Assembly: GCA_937870825.1 (NCBI GenBank)
Contig: CALMZO010000056.1
Span: 5,120 to 69,119 of the forward strand
Source: an uncultured Chloroflexota bacterium
GTDB lineage: Bacteria > Chloroflexota > Anaerolineae > UBA4142 > SHND01
Length of the DNA: 64,000 nucleotides
Reading direction: 5' to 3'
Shown: one piece after another, positions 28,678 to 37,996 of the stretch
Layout: every line of letters begins with the position of its first letter
Position numbering within the stretch: the first letter of the stretch is position 1
Position numbers and translations under genes: made by a program
Notes under the pieces: generated by a model
The model's input: the letters and a program-made list of their open reading frames with translations, nothing else
The model's database searches: none
Told to the model about the DNA's origin: nothing

Positions 28678-29073
28678 TTATGCGTGTCTGTCGTCTTGCC
28701 TTGCGCGGTTGCCCTGCGATGCTGCATACAGCGCATCACTTTTTGCCGCCATCACGAAATCGTTGCGATGCAAACCTTTGATGGCATGAGTCCACCAGCG
28801 CACTATCACAGCGCCCCATTCGGTAACAATCTGCGGATGATGGTCCTCTGCTTCGGCGATTTCGCCAACCTTGTTCGTAAAATGCAACGCGTCCGCAAAA
28901 TTTTTGAATTTATAAGTGCGCGTTAATTGCGGCACGCCCTCGCGTTCGATTACATGCCATTCGGGAATTTGCGGCAGCCATTCTCGCAGCTCTTGTTCCG
29001 TCGCGCGCGGCGAATCGGGACGACAGGCAACACATCGTTCTTGCGTCAATGCTTGATCCCTTGTATCGCTCAT
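28678..29073 (-). CDS. phhB: Pterin-4-alpha-carbinolamine dehydratase
   Basis: FKNFADAL, AEAEDHHP, WWTHAIKGLHRNDFVMAA. Confidence 0.9.
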   Translation of the reverse strand: MSDTRDQALTQERCVACRPDSPRATEQELREWLPQIPEWHVIEREGVPQLTRTYKFKNFADALHFTNKVGEIAEAEDHHPQIVTEWGAVIVRWWTHAIKGLHRNDFVMAAKSDALYAASQGNRARQDDRHA

Positions 29074-30140
29074 TCGTCTGCTCCTTTCAAAAATTGAATT
29101 TCGTCCGCGTTCAATTCAAAAACTTTCTCGCGTTCCCCTTCCACGTGTCCATCCCATTCAAATACAAAATTGCCCGCGCGCGTTTCTACGACAATCTGTG
29201 GATGGCCGCCGCGCCACTGCCTGGCGATGATTTTTCCGCGCAACACATTTTCCGCGCGTTCCGTTTGGTCCACGATGCGTTCCACCGCGCGCGGACGCAA
29301 AAGCACAAACCGCGCGTTTCCATTTTTGAATGGAACCGAAAAATTTCCCGCCTTTGTTTCCGCAATCGTTTTTGTATTTCCAACTTCCAACTTCCAATTT
29401 CCAATTTCCAAGAGATTGGTCAATCCCAAAAACCGCGCGACAAATTCATTCGCGGGCTGGTGATACATTTCAATCGGCGCGCCCATCTGTTGTATTCGTC
29501 CCGCGTTCAAAAGAATCAGACGGTCGGCGACGGCGAACGCTTCATCTTGGTCGTGGGTTACATACAACGCGGTGAGATGTAAACGTTTCAACAACGCTCG
29601 CAATTCGCCGACCAACTCTTCGCGCAAAATGCGGTCAAGCGCGCCGAGCGGCTCGTCGAACATGACGAGTCGCGGGCGCGGCGCGAGGGTGCGCGCCAAC
29701 GCGACGCGCTGTTGTTCGCCGCCCGACAATGTGTTCACGTCGCGTTTCGCAAAACGCTGTCCAAGTCCGACCAATTCGAGCGATTCCTGTACACGCGTAC
29801 GGGTTTCACTTGTTGAAACGTTTTTCATTCGTAACCCAAACGCCACATTTTCAAAAACGTTTTTGTGCGGAAACAGCGCGAGGTCTTGAAACATCATCCC
29901 AAACTCGCGCGCGTGCGGCGGTACAGTTTGTAAATCTTTGCCCTCGAACAAAACGCGTCCCGCGTCTGCCTGTTCCAAACCCGCAATCATTCGAAGCAGC
30001 GTCGTTTTCCCCGTCCCGCTCGGTCCCAACACAGACACAATTTCGCCCGCCGCGACATCAAAAGAAATGTCACGCAAAAGTGGCGCGGCATTGTAATTTT
30101 TCGAGATGCCTACCAATGCGAGCAGCGACTCATCCCTCAT
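29070..30140 (-). CDS. thiQ: Thiamine ABC transporter ATPase
   Basis: GPSGTGKTT, FQDLALFPH, LSGGEQQRVALAR; operon context. Confidence 0.8.
   Translation of the reverse strand: MRDESLLALVGISKNYNAAPLLRDISFDVAAGEIVSVLGPSGTGKTTLLRMIAGLEQADAGRVLFEGKDLQTVPPHAREFGMMFQDLALFPHKNVFENVAFGLRMKNVSTSETRTRVQESLELVGLGQRFAKRDVNTLSGGEQQRVALARTLAPRPRLVMFDEPLGALDRILREELVGELRALLKRLHLTALYVTHDQDEAFAVADRLILLNAGRIQQMGAPIEMYHQPANEFVARFLGLTNLLEIGNWKLEVGNTKTIAETKAGNFSVPFKNGNARFVLLRPRAVERIVDQTERAENVLRGKIIARQWRGGHPQIVVETRAGNFVFEWDGHVEGEREKVFELNADEIQFLKGADE
29377..29411. repeat. Heptamer array YTTCCAA x5, in frame in thiQ
   Basis: Reads LEIGNWKLEVGN; same family as 27782-27851. Confidence 0.8.
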
Positions 30141-30161
30141 CCTTTTTCCCCATCCCCGTTT

Positions 30162-31793
30162 TCAAAACTCGGCGCTCTCTCCGATTCTCACGCGTTCCAT
30201 CAGCACAATCGCCACCGCGCTCACGAGCATCAAAATCGTACTCAATGCCAATGCTTGCCCATAATTTGTCAGCCCCGGTTGCCCGAGCAGACGATAAATC
30301 GCCAACGGAATCGTCGCCCATTCGGGACGCGCAATCAACGTCGTCGCGCCAAATTCGCCGAGCGAAACAATGAACGCAAACACCGCGCCCACAATCACGG
30401 CGCGCATCACAATCGGCAAATCAATTTCACGAAACACGCGTGTCGGATTCGCACCGAGCATCGCCGCCGCTTCGCGCACGTTCGGTTTAATTTGTCGTAA
30501 CAGCGGCACAATGCTGCGAATCACCAATGGCAGCGCGACAAGCGTATGCGCGACGGGAACGAGCCACACCGCCGCGCGAAAATCGAAAGGGGGGCGGCTG
30601 AACGCGACGATATAGCCAAAACCGAGCGTCACCGCCGAGGTTGCCAACGGCAGCAAAAACAGCGCGTCGAACCAGCCCCCCCCCCTTTGCGCGCGTGTAA
30701 TCGCGTACGCGGCGCACAAGCCAAGTGTGACGGCAAGCGCGACGGTGACGCCTCCAAACAACAACGAATTGCGAATCGCGTCCGTCGGCGGAATAAACGT
30801 CGCCGAACCGCGCGCGTTTTCATTCAGCAAAATGTAATTCTGCAAACCAATGCCTTGCGCGGTTTGCAGCGATTGCAGAATGAGAACGACGAGCGGCGCG
30901 AGCAAGAAAATCAACATCAGCGCGATATTCACCGCGACAAACATTTTTTCGCCGAATGTTTTCAACGCGCGTTTCGTGATGTGTTGCGGACGCACGCGCA
31001 TCGTCACGGCAAGACGCGCTTGGAGTTTTGTGTACCCAAGAATCAAAAGGAGCGTAAAGAAAATTTGCGCGAGCGACAATGCGGCGGCGAGCGGCAGGTC
31101 AAACAAATTCGCGGCAGTGCGATAAATCTCCACTTCCAAGGTTGCCAACCGCGCGCCGCCCAAAATCAAAATCACGCCGAACGAAGTGAAATCGAAAATG
31201 AAAACCAAAAGTGACGCGGCGAGAAGCGCGGGCATCAGCAGTGGCAGCGTAATTTCAAAAAACACGCGTGCGCGATTTGCGCCAAGCATTCGCGCGGCGT
31301 TCCCCAACTGCGGGTCGAGATTCGCCCACGCGGTGCTGACGATGCGAAAGACGATGGTGTAATTGTAAAAAATGTGCGCGAGAAAAATAATCCAAATCGT
31401 TCCGACGAGTTGGACGGGGAGAATGCCGCGCGGTCCGAATAACGCGATGAACGCAGGCGCGACGACAATCGTGGGCATGAGAAAGGGAAGTGTCGTCAAC
31501 GCGCGCACGAGCGTTTGTCCGCGAAACTGAAAGCGCGCAAAAAGGTACGCGGCGGGCAGCGCGGCGACAAGTGTAAGAATCGTTGACACCCCCGCTTGCC
31601 ATGTGGTGAACCACAAGACATGGCGATAGTACGGGTCCACCAGAATTTCTTGAAAACCCGAAAGGTCGAGTACGCCATTTCCAAAAAATGAAAACGCGAG
31701 AATCCCCGCGAGCGGATAAAAATAAAAGAGCGCGAGAAAGACGAGAGGGAGAGTGAAGAGAAGGGAAGTGAGAAAAGAGATTCGCGCGCGCAT
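30162..31793 (-). CDS. thiP: Thiamine ABC transporter permease
   Basis: Duplicated permease halves; FTTWQA, EAAAMLGA, SLGEFGA. Confidence 0.85.
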   Translation of the reverse strand: MRARISFLTSLLFTLPLVFLALFYFYPLAGILAFSFFGNGVLDLSGFQEILVDPYYRHVLWFTTWQAGVSTILTLVAALPAAYLFARFQFRGQTLVRALTTLPFLMPTIVVAPAFIALFGPRGILPVQLVGTIWIIFLAHIFYNYTIVFRIVSTAWANLDPQLGNAARMLGANRARVFFEITLPLLMPALLAASLLVFIFDFTSFGVILILGGARLATLEVEIYRTAANLFDLPLAAALSLAQIFFTLLLILGYTKLQARLAVTMRVRPQHITKRALKTFGEKMFVAVNIALMLIFLLAPLVVLILQSLQTAQGIGLQNYILLNENARGSATFIPPTDAIRNSLLFGGVTVALAVTLGLCAAYAITRAQRGGGWFDALFLLPLATSAVTLGFGYIVAFSRPPFDFRAAVWLVPVAHTLVALPLVIRSIVPLLRQIKPNVREAAAMLGANPTRVFREIDLPIVMRAVIVGAVFAFIVSLGEFGATTLIARPEWATIPLAIYRLLGQPGLTNYGQALALSTILMLVSAVAIVLMERVRIGESAEF

Positions 31794-31800
31794 ATTGTTT

Positions 31801-31916
31801 ATCCACGAATAACGCGAATGTACTCATTTGTCATTCCGAATACAGTGAGGAATCTCATTCGCGTTATTCGTGGATTCTATCGCACTATTGCACTGTTGAA
31901 CTGCCGCACTAACGCA
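31801..31916. repeat. Nested composite repeat
   Basis: Perfect 20 bp IR ATCCACGAATAACGCGAATG (31801-31820 / 31856-31875) enclosing TGTCATTCCGAATACAGTGAGGAATCT, then CTATCGCA-type octamers x5. Confidence 0.85.
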
Positions 31917-33048
31917 ACACCACCTGCGTCCATTCTTTAATCCATGTATCGCGGTTTGCATCAATCACCGCATCGTCAAGTTGCGCGGGGCGGGCGGGCT
32001 TTTCCGCGAATTTGTAATAGTCCGGCAGTTTCGCATTCGGATTCACCGGATACACAAACATTTGCGTCGGAATGTCCTCTTGAAAACGCGTCGAGAGCAT
32101 AAAGTCAATAAAGCGGCGCGCCATGTCGGGATGCCGCGCGTTTTTGAAAATGCCCGCAAATTCGATTTGGAGGAAACACGCGCCGTCGCCCAACACATTA
32201 CCCGTCGGCGGCTCGGTCAATTTTCCATCACTGAAAAAAACTTCGGCGGCGGGACTCGTCGCATAGCTTACGACAATTGGACGGTTGCCGCTGCCGCTCC
32301 ACGTAGATTTATTGTAATACGCGTCTTCCCAACCTTCACTAACCGCCACATCATTCGCGCGCAGTTGTTTCCAAAAATCGAGATACTTGTCCGCGCCGAA
32401 ATGCGAAACGGTGGCGAGCAAGAACGCGAGCCCGGGGGATGACGTTGCCGGGTTTTCGACGACGACGAGACTTTTGTATTCGGGCTTGAGCAAATCGTCG
32501 AGCGTTTGCGGCGGTACAAGATTTTTTTCCTTGAACCATTGCTTGTCATAGTTCATGCAGACATAGCCGTAATCCATTGGCGTCAAACGAAATTCTGTGT
32601 CGCGTTTGTAGTCTGACGGAATGGCGTCAATCCCTTGCGCGCGATAGGACTCGAACAAATCTGCTTTCGTCGCGCGCGAGAGAAACGTATTGTCCACGCC
32701 GAAAAAGACATCGCCCAACGGATTTGTAGCGCCTGCGAGAATCGCCTTGTTCAGCGCCGCGCCCGCGTCGCCCGATTTCAAAATTTGTACCTTGACGTGA
32801 TTCGCATTTTGAAATTCTGCCAGCACGTCCTCGCTGACCGCGAACGAATCATGCGTGACGACGACGAGTTCGGTCGGAATAATGTGAATCGTCGCAGTGG
32901 GCGCAGGTGCGTTTGTGGGTGGTGCGGTTGTCGATTGCGCTGCTTGCGTTGGCGTAGCGGTTGGCGGAATTGTCGTCGGCGTCGCGGTTTGGCACGCGGC
33001 GAGCGCGGCGAGAACGACAATGCCGAGAAAGGTAAAAAATTTTTTCAT
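31909..33048 (-). CDS. thiB: Thiamine ABC transporter substrate-binding lipoprotein
   Basis: Lipobox LAAC; THDSF, GVDNTFL, ENPATSSPGLAFL, VVSYATSP. Confidence 0.92.
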   Translation of the reverse strand: MKKFFTFLGIVVLAALAACQTATPTTIPPTATPTQAAQSTTAPPTNAPAPTATIHIIPTELVVVTHDSFAVSEDVLAEFQNANHVKVQILKSGDAGAALNKAILAGATNPLGDVFFGVDNTFLSRATKADLFESYRAQGIDAIPSDYKRDTEFRLTPMDYGYVCMNYDKQWFKEKNLVPPQTLDDLLKPEYKSLVVVENPATSSPGLAFLLATVSHFGADKYLDFWKQLRANDVAVSEGWEDAYYNKSTWSGSGNRPIVVSYATSPAAEVFFSDGKLTEPPTGNVLGDGACFLQIEFAGIFKNARHPDMARRFIDFMLSTRFQEDIPTQMFVYPVNPNAKLPDYYKFAEKPARPAQLDDAVIDANRDTWIKEWTQVVLR

Positions 33049-33102
33049 GTGACTCCTGTTTGATTTTGCGCGGGCGGTAGAGGACACCCTGCGCGTGATG
33101 TG

Positions 33103-33141
33103 GAAAAATAAAAACCGCCTCCGGGTACGAGAGGCGGTGGA
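33103..33141 (-). terminator. Riboswitch expression-platform terminator
   Basis: Minus strand ACCGCCTCtcgtacccgGAGGCGGT followed by TTTTATTTTT. Confidence 0.8.
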
Positions 33142-33159
33142 TGAATCACCAATACGAAC

Positions 33160-33258
33160 CGATGTTCCCTGCGTGAGCATTACCTCAATCAGGTTCAAAG
33201 GGTCGGCTGCTTCAAGCAGCCCTCTCAGCCCGATACAATCGAGCTCCCCGTGAGGATA
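33160..33258 (-). ncRNA. TPP riboswitch upstream of thiB
   Basis: Minus strand GGGGAGC..GGCTGAGAG..GACCCTTTGAACCTGATTGAGGTAATGCTCACGCAGGGAAC. Confidence 0.93.
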
Positions 33259-33263
33259 TTTAT

Positions 33264-33890
33264 CTATTCAAACGAATGAACAATCAATAATGTACCGCGC
33301 GTCCAATGCACGCGCGCGTGTTCACCCAACATCACATTGCTGATTCCGCGCGTGCTGCCGCGTTCCAATGTTTCTTTAGTCAACGGATATTCCAAATGCT
33401 CTGTCGTAATTCCTTCGACGCGTTCACTCAACGGAATCAGCGACACCACATTTCCCAGATTTCCCTGAATTTCCTGATTTCCCTCTCCTATCCACAACTC
33501 ACTCGCCGCGTCTACAATCTTCAAGTTTCGCGCGCGTGTGAGCAAAAAAACATTTCCTAAAAAATGGTCCACGCGCCCGCCAAAGGCGCCGAGAATCGTG
33601 ATTTCGTCCGCGCCGCGTTCTTGCGCAAGTGACAATGCAAGTTCCAAATCCGTTTCATCTTTGGCGCGCGGGTGGCGAATCAATTCGCAATGACTTGTCT
33701 CCAACCACGCGCGCGTTTCGTCATCCACCGAATCCATATCGCCGACGACAACGTGCGGCGCGCGTTCGAGAAACAATCGCGCATTCCGCGCGCCGCCGTT
33801 CGCCGCAATTCGCAAATCTGCGCGTGACCAAATCTCTTGGAGCCGCGCGCGCTTTTGCATTTCACCGTTGGCGACAATGACTGCGTTCGT
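33264..33890 (-). CDS. thiN: Thiamine pyrophosphokinase; best-placed start codon is ACG
   Basis: AVIVANG, AANGG, VVGDMDS, KDETDLELAL, GAFGGRVDH, GISN. Confidence 0.88.
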   Translation of the reverse strand, partial: TNAVIVANGEMQKRARLQEIWSRADLRIAANGGARNARLFLERAPHVVVGDMDSVDDETRAWLETSHCELIRHPRAKDETDLELALSLAQERGADEITILGAFGGRVDHFLGNVFLLTRARNLKIVDAASELWIGEGNQEIQGNLGNVVSLIPLSERVEGITTEHLEYPLTKETLERGSTRGISNVMLGEHARVHWTRGTLLIVHSFE

Positions 33891-33903
33891 TGTTCGTCCT
33901 CCG

Positions 33904-34521
33904 TCATGTGCGTTCGTTTGGTTCGTATGCCGAACCCACAAACGCCTCGTCCGTCATTTGCAAAAAATACTTGTGGAACCGCGCGTCGTGTGTCAATTCG
34001 GGATGAAAACTTGTTGCGAGCAGGTTCCCTTGCCGCGCCGCCACAATCGTCCCGTCTTCCAATTTCGCCAACACTTGGACATTTTCGCCTACCGATTCGA
34101 GCAGCGGCGCGCGAATGAAAATCGCATGAAACGGCGACGTGTCCCCATTCGCAATTTCGGGAATGTTCAAATCCGTTTCAAACGAATCCACCTGGCGTCC
34201 GAACGCGTTGCGTTTGACCTTGACATCCATTACGCCAATCAACGGCTGACGCATCCCGACATCTTTTGCCAGCACAATCATTCCCGCGCAGGTTCCCCAC
34301 ACGGGCTTGCCTTGCTCCGCCATCTCACGAATCGGTTCGAGCAATCCGTACTGCGTCGCAATTTTTCCAATCGTCGTACTTTCGCCGCCGGGAATAATCA
34401 ACCCATCAAGCTCGCGTAACTGTTCAGGCAAGCGCACTTCGATTGCATCCACGTTCATCCCGCGCAGCATTTGGACATGTTCGCGGAACGCGCCTTGTAG
34501 GGCGAGTACTCCAATTTTCAT
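33904..34521 (-). CDS. pdxT: PLP synthase glutaminase subunit
   Basis: GVLALQG, PGGESTT, GTCAGMI, FIRAP, FHPELT. Confidence 0.97.
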   Translation of the reverse strand: MKIGVLALQGAFREHVQMLRGMNVDAIEVRLPEQLRELDGLIIPGGESTTIGKIATQYGLLEPIREMAEQGKPVWGTCAGMIVLAKDVGMRQPLIGVMDVKVKRNAFGRQVDSFETDLNIPEIANGDTSPFHAIFIRAPLLESVGENVQVLAKLEDGTIVAARQGNLLATSFHPELTHDARFHKYFLQMTDEAFVGSAYEPNERT

Positions 34522-34530
34522 CTTGCGTAG

Positions 34531-34604
34531 AGTAATCAGTATTCAGTTATCAGTAATCCGTTCACTGACCTCTGAATACTGAATACCGATTACTTTTTAC
34601 TGAC
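34531..34604. repeat. Inverted heptamer arrays between pdxS and pdxT
   Basis: GTAATCA GTATTCA GTTATCA GTAATCC ... TGACCTC TGAATAC TGAATAC CGATTAC. Confidence 0.82.
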
Positions 34605-35492
34605 TCACCAACCTCTCACCGCGAGTTGTTCCGCTTCGCCAATCGTTCGCGCCGCGATGCCGAGCATCGGTTCGCCGAGACCGCGCGAAACGTCCGCGAT
34701 AATTTTCGGGTCGTTGTAATGCGTAGTCGCCATCACAATCGCTTTGGCGCGCGCTGCCGGGTTGCTCGATTTGAAAATGCCGCTGCCGACAAAAACGCCG
34801 TCCACGCCAATTTGCATCATCAACGCCGCGTCCGCCGGAGTCGCCAGTCCACCCGCCGCGAAATTCACCACCGGCAATTTTCCCGTTTCCGCCACTTCTT
34901 TGACCAATTCGTACGGCGCGCCCAATTCTTTTGCCGCGTGATACCATTCATCGGGGCGCATGTTTTGCAATCGGCGAATTTCGCCCAACACGGCGCGGGC
35001 GTGGCGCACCGCTTCCACCACATCGCCCGTTCCCGCCTCGCCTTTCGTGCGAATCATCGCCGCGCCTTCGTTGATGCGGCGCAATGCTTCGCCCAGATTG
35101 CGGCAACCGCACACGAACGGGACATTGAATTGATTTTTGTCAATGTGATTTTCTTCGTCGGCAGGGGTGAGGACTTCGGACTCGTCCACGTAATCCACGC
35201 CGAGCGCTTCCAACACTTGCGCTTCGACAAAATGTCCGATGCGCGCTTTTGCCATCACGGGAATCGTGACCGCTTCCATAATTTCAATAATCTTGGTTGG
35301 GTCGCTCATGCGCGCGACGCCGCCTTGTTTGCGAATATCGGCAGGCACGCGTTCGAGCGCCATCACCGCGCACGCGCCCGCGTCTTCGGCGATTTTCGCT
35401 TGCTCGGCGTCCGTCACGTCCATAATGACGCCGCCCTTGAGCATTTGCGCGAGTCCCACTTTGACCGCCCACGTTCCGACTTGCTTGTCCAT
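34605..35492 (-). CDS. pdxS: PLP synthase lyase subunit
   Basis: [47 protein letters not shown]. Confidence 0.98.
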   Translation of the reverse strand: MDKQVGTWAVKVGLAQMLKGGVIMDVTDAEQAKIAEDAGACAVMALERVPADIRKQGGVARMSDPTKIIEIMEAVTIPVMAKARIGHFVEAQVLEALGVDYVDESEVLTPADEENHIDKNQFNVPFVCGCRNLGEALRRINEGAAMIRTKGEAGTGDVVEAVRHARAVLGEIRRLQNMRPDEWYHAAKELGAPYELVKEVAETGKLPVVNFAAGGLATPADAALMMQIGVDGVFVGSGIFKSSNPAARAKAIVMATTHYNDPKIIADVSRGLGEPMLGIAARTIGEAEQLAVRGW

Positions 35493-35507
35493 CAAAAGAC
35501 TCCTGTT

Positions 35508-35561
35508 TCTCTCCCCTCTCCTCAATCGGCTTTTTATTGAAGAGAGAGGTTAGGGGTGAGG
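35508..35561. repeat. CCCCTCTCC..GAGAGG..GGGGTGAGG palindromic element
   Basis: A related copy lies at 37303-37361. Confidence 0.65.
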
Positions 35562-35580
35562 TGCGATTGGAATACATCGC

Positions 35581-35617
35581 AATAAAAAAACGCCGACCCA
35601 AAGAGAGCCGACGTTTT
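35581..35617 (-). terminator. Riboswitch expression-platform terminator
   Basis: Minus strand AAAAACGTCGGCtctcttTGGGTCGGCGTTTTTTT. Confidence 0.75.
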
Positions 35618-35644
35618 TGACGTATCACGTTTGACGCTTTACGT

Positions 35645-35762
35645 TTTTCCTCCGCCAGCATTATCTGGGTCAGGTCATAGGGTCGAAGATGGGCGGCGAC
35701 AAACACCGTCGCTGCGGTTCTTCCTCTCAGCCGGACTCGCTCCAGCTCCCCGAACTATTTTT
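35645..35762 (-). ncRNA. TPP riboswitch upstream of pdxS
   Basis: Minus strand GGGGAGCTGG..CCGGCTGAGAG..GACCCTATGACCTGACCCAGATAATGCTGGCGGAGG. Confidence 0.92.
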
Positions 35763-35779
35763 TTGTTAAGCGTGAGGCG

Positions 35780-35808
35780 ATAGTAGCATAAAGAAATTTG
35801 CCTGTCAA
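35780..35808 (-). promoter_or_regulatory. Sigma70-type promoter of the TPP-pdxS leader
   Basis: TTGACA-17 nt (ending TGc)-TACTAT. Confidence 0.75.
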
Positions 35809-35993
35809 AAATTTTGCCGCAAAAATGTATTGGGCATTGTGTTCTGCCGGATGGGTGCGCGATTCCGGTTGGAATTTTTCGCGGTGTCAATAGGGCGCGT
35901 TTGGAAAAGCTGATAAAATGATATAGAGAGACGCAGATAACAATTCGCTTTCCGTTTCACCCGCGAGATCCCTATGCCCAAGGAGAGTACAGA

Positions 35994-36581
35994 ATGAGCT
36001 TTCGAGTGTTGCATTTTTCCGTGTTGAGCATTTTGTTGTTGCTCATCGTCGCCGTTGCCGCGTGCAGTGGCAACAACAGTGTTGCGCCGACCCAAAGCAA
36101 TCGCCCCACCGCCACACGCCGCAGCAATGCCACACCGGGCGCGGCAACCGCTGCCCCGCGCGCGACGAACGATGGGCTTGACGACAGCGCAAACCCTGCT
36201 ATCACCGACGACCCCAATGCGACCCCCGACCCTTTGGACGACAGCAGCAATCCCAACCCCGACGCGGAAACACCCCAAGCGGGTCCTCAAGTGCAAAACG
36301 GCAATGTTGTTCTCAAAAATACCGCGTGGCTGCTTGCCGGCGGCGAGCAGGTCTATCAATTTTGCGAAAATGGCAAGTGGCAGGTCGTACAGGGGGACGG
36401 CACCGTCGAAACGCGCGGCACGTTCCAAGCCGAAGGCAAAACACTCAATTTGAAAAATACTGTGGACAATCAAGAATCGAAATACGCGATGACGTGGAAA
36501 GCGCCAGAAAAAAAGTTGGAACTCAAAGAGGGCAATGCAACTTTGACGTTAGAGTACGACGGCGCGGCGAACTGCGAATAG
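35994..36581 (+). CDS. Hypothetical lipoprotein
   Basis: Lipobox VAAC, Pro/Thr/Asp linker, small beta-rich domain; AGGAG upstream. Confidence 0.7.
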   Translation: MSFRVLHFSVLSILLLLIVAVAACSGNNSVAPTQSNRPTATRRSNATPGAATAAPRATNDGLDDSANPAITDDPNATPDPLDDSSNPNPDAETPQAGPQVQNGNVVLKNTAWLLAGGEQVYQFCENGKWQVVQGDGTVETRGTFQAEGKTLNLKNTVDNQESKYAMTWKAPEKKLELKEGNATLTLEYDGAANCE

Positions 36582-36583
36582 AC

Positions 36584-36630
36584 AAAAAACGCGTGAGGCG
36601 AATCAATCGCCTCACGCGTTTTCCTTTTTT
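36584..36630. terminator. Bidirectional terminator
   Basis: AAAACGCGTGAGGCGA / TCGCCTCACGCGTTTT between convergent genes. Confidence 0.85.
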
Positions 36631-36639
36631 CGGTCCACT

Positions 36640-37293
36640 CTAATTTTCTTCTGGCAACTTTTTCGGAATCTGGTAGCGGCACGCGTCCGCGCCGTTATTC
36701 AAACACGTAATTTCTTTCACCTCAACCGGTCTATCGGTCAGCCACTTCATCGCTTCGCTAAACGTGCCGACCGTGACGAGGCAGCAAGGTTTGTCGTGAC
36801 GCGGACGCCATTGGCACATGCACTGGTCAATCACGACCAGAAACGCGTCTTCGTTTTCTTCCAAGTGCGCGGGTTGATTTACGGTTTTGTTCGCGGCGCC
36901 GACAATCTGCTGCAGCAAAATTTTCATTTTCGCTTGCGGCGAAATGAGCGGCATATTTTTCAACGCGTTGCCCGCAATCCCCAACAGCGCGGACTGTTCG
37001 CGCAAGCTGTAGCGAAACAATTCGCGTCCCACCCGAATCAAAATCGCACGCGCGCCGCGCGGTCCCAAAAAATCTTCGACGGCTTGCTCCACTTTGCCGT
37101 ACTCGCCAAACGTGACACCATAGTCCAGCGAATTGGCGGGATAATTGTTGATATAGTGGGAAAGTTTCGCGCCGTTCAGCACCGCTTTGATGCCGTCGGG
37201 TCCCATCACTTCTTCAATCGAAAGAAACAGCAAACGCAGCGCGCCGCTGGGCATTCCGCGTTCTTGGAGCGTGGTGGTTTGAGCATCCATCAA
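36640..37293 (-). CDS. V4R (4-vinyl reductase) domain protein
   Basis: DQCMCQ..KPCC, VKEITCLNNGADACRY. Confidence 0.8.
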   Translation of the reverse strand: MMDAQTTTLQERGMPSGALRLLFLSIEEVMGPDGIKAVLNGAKLSHYINNYPANSLDYGVTFGEYGKVEQAVEDFLGPRGARAILIRVGRELFRYSLREQSALLGIAGNALKNMPLISPQAKMKILLQQIVGAANKTVNQPAHLEENEDAFLVVIDQCMCQWRPRHDKPCCLVTVGTFSEAMKWLTDRPVEVKEITCLNNGADACRYQIPKKLPEEN

Positions 37294-37362
37294 TTTTCAG
37301 ATCACCCCCTTTCCCCTCTCCTGAATCCAATTTCTTTTGGGAGAGGCGGCGGGGGCGAGGGA

Positions 37363-37893
37363 TTATTCCTGCGCGCGTTCCAAAATCGAATACAACAATT
37401 CGAGCAGCACGTACTTGACACTCTCTTTTTGCGAAGCAATGCACGGCAACACTTTGATGCCGTCGTCGAGACCGAGCGCGATTTTCAAATCTTCGGGCGA
37501 CCACGCGTCGGGATGGTCCTGCTTGTTCGCGGCGACGACGAACGGCGTTTCACTGTAACGGCGAAACGTTTCGAGAATCGAACGCGCTTCGCGGAACGTT
37601 TCAGGACGCACCGCATCCACCATCACCACAAAGCCGAGCATCCCTTCGGACAAAATTTCCCACATGAAATCGAAACGGCGCTGCCCCGGCGTGCCAAAAA
37701 GGTACAGCACCAAATCTTTATCAATGGTAATGCGTCCGAAATCCATTGCCACCGTCGTTTGTGCTTTGACGGCGCGCGTCTCGTCGCTGATTCTGCGTTC
37801 TGTGCGTACGACGGCGATTTCGCTGATACTTCCGATAAATTCCGTTTTACCGGCGGCGAAGGGCCCGGTCACCACCATTTTGACGGTCTGCAT
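37363..37893 (-). CDS. MglA-family small GTPase
   Basis: GPFAAGKT, TTVAMDFG, LFGTPGQRRFDFMW, NKQD. Confidence 0.9.
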   Translation of the reverse strand: MQTVKMVVTGPFAAGKTEFIGSISEIAVVRTERRISDETRAVKAQTTVAMDFGRITIDKDLVLYLFGTPGQRRFDFMWEILSEGMLGFVVMVDAVRPETFREARSILETFRRYSETPFVVAANKQDHPDAWSPEDLKIALGLDDGIKVLPCIASQKESVKYVLLELLYSILERAQE

Positions 37894-37919
37894 AAATAAT
37901 CGCTGAGTGCGGGAAAGAT

Positions 37920-37996
37920 GAATGACGAATGACGAATGATAAAAGACGAACGGCTAACGGCTAACGGCTAACGGCTAACGACGAACGACTAACGCC
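37920..37996. repeat. Graded heptamer array, 11 units
   Basis: GAATGAC GAATGAC GAATGAT AAAAGAC GAACGGC TAACGGC x3 TAACGAC GAACGAC TAACGCC; contains the stop at 37989. Confidence 0.88.
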
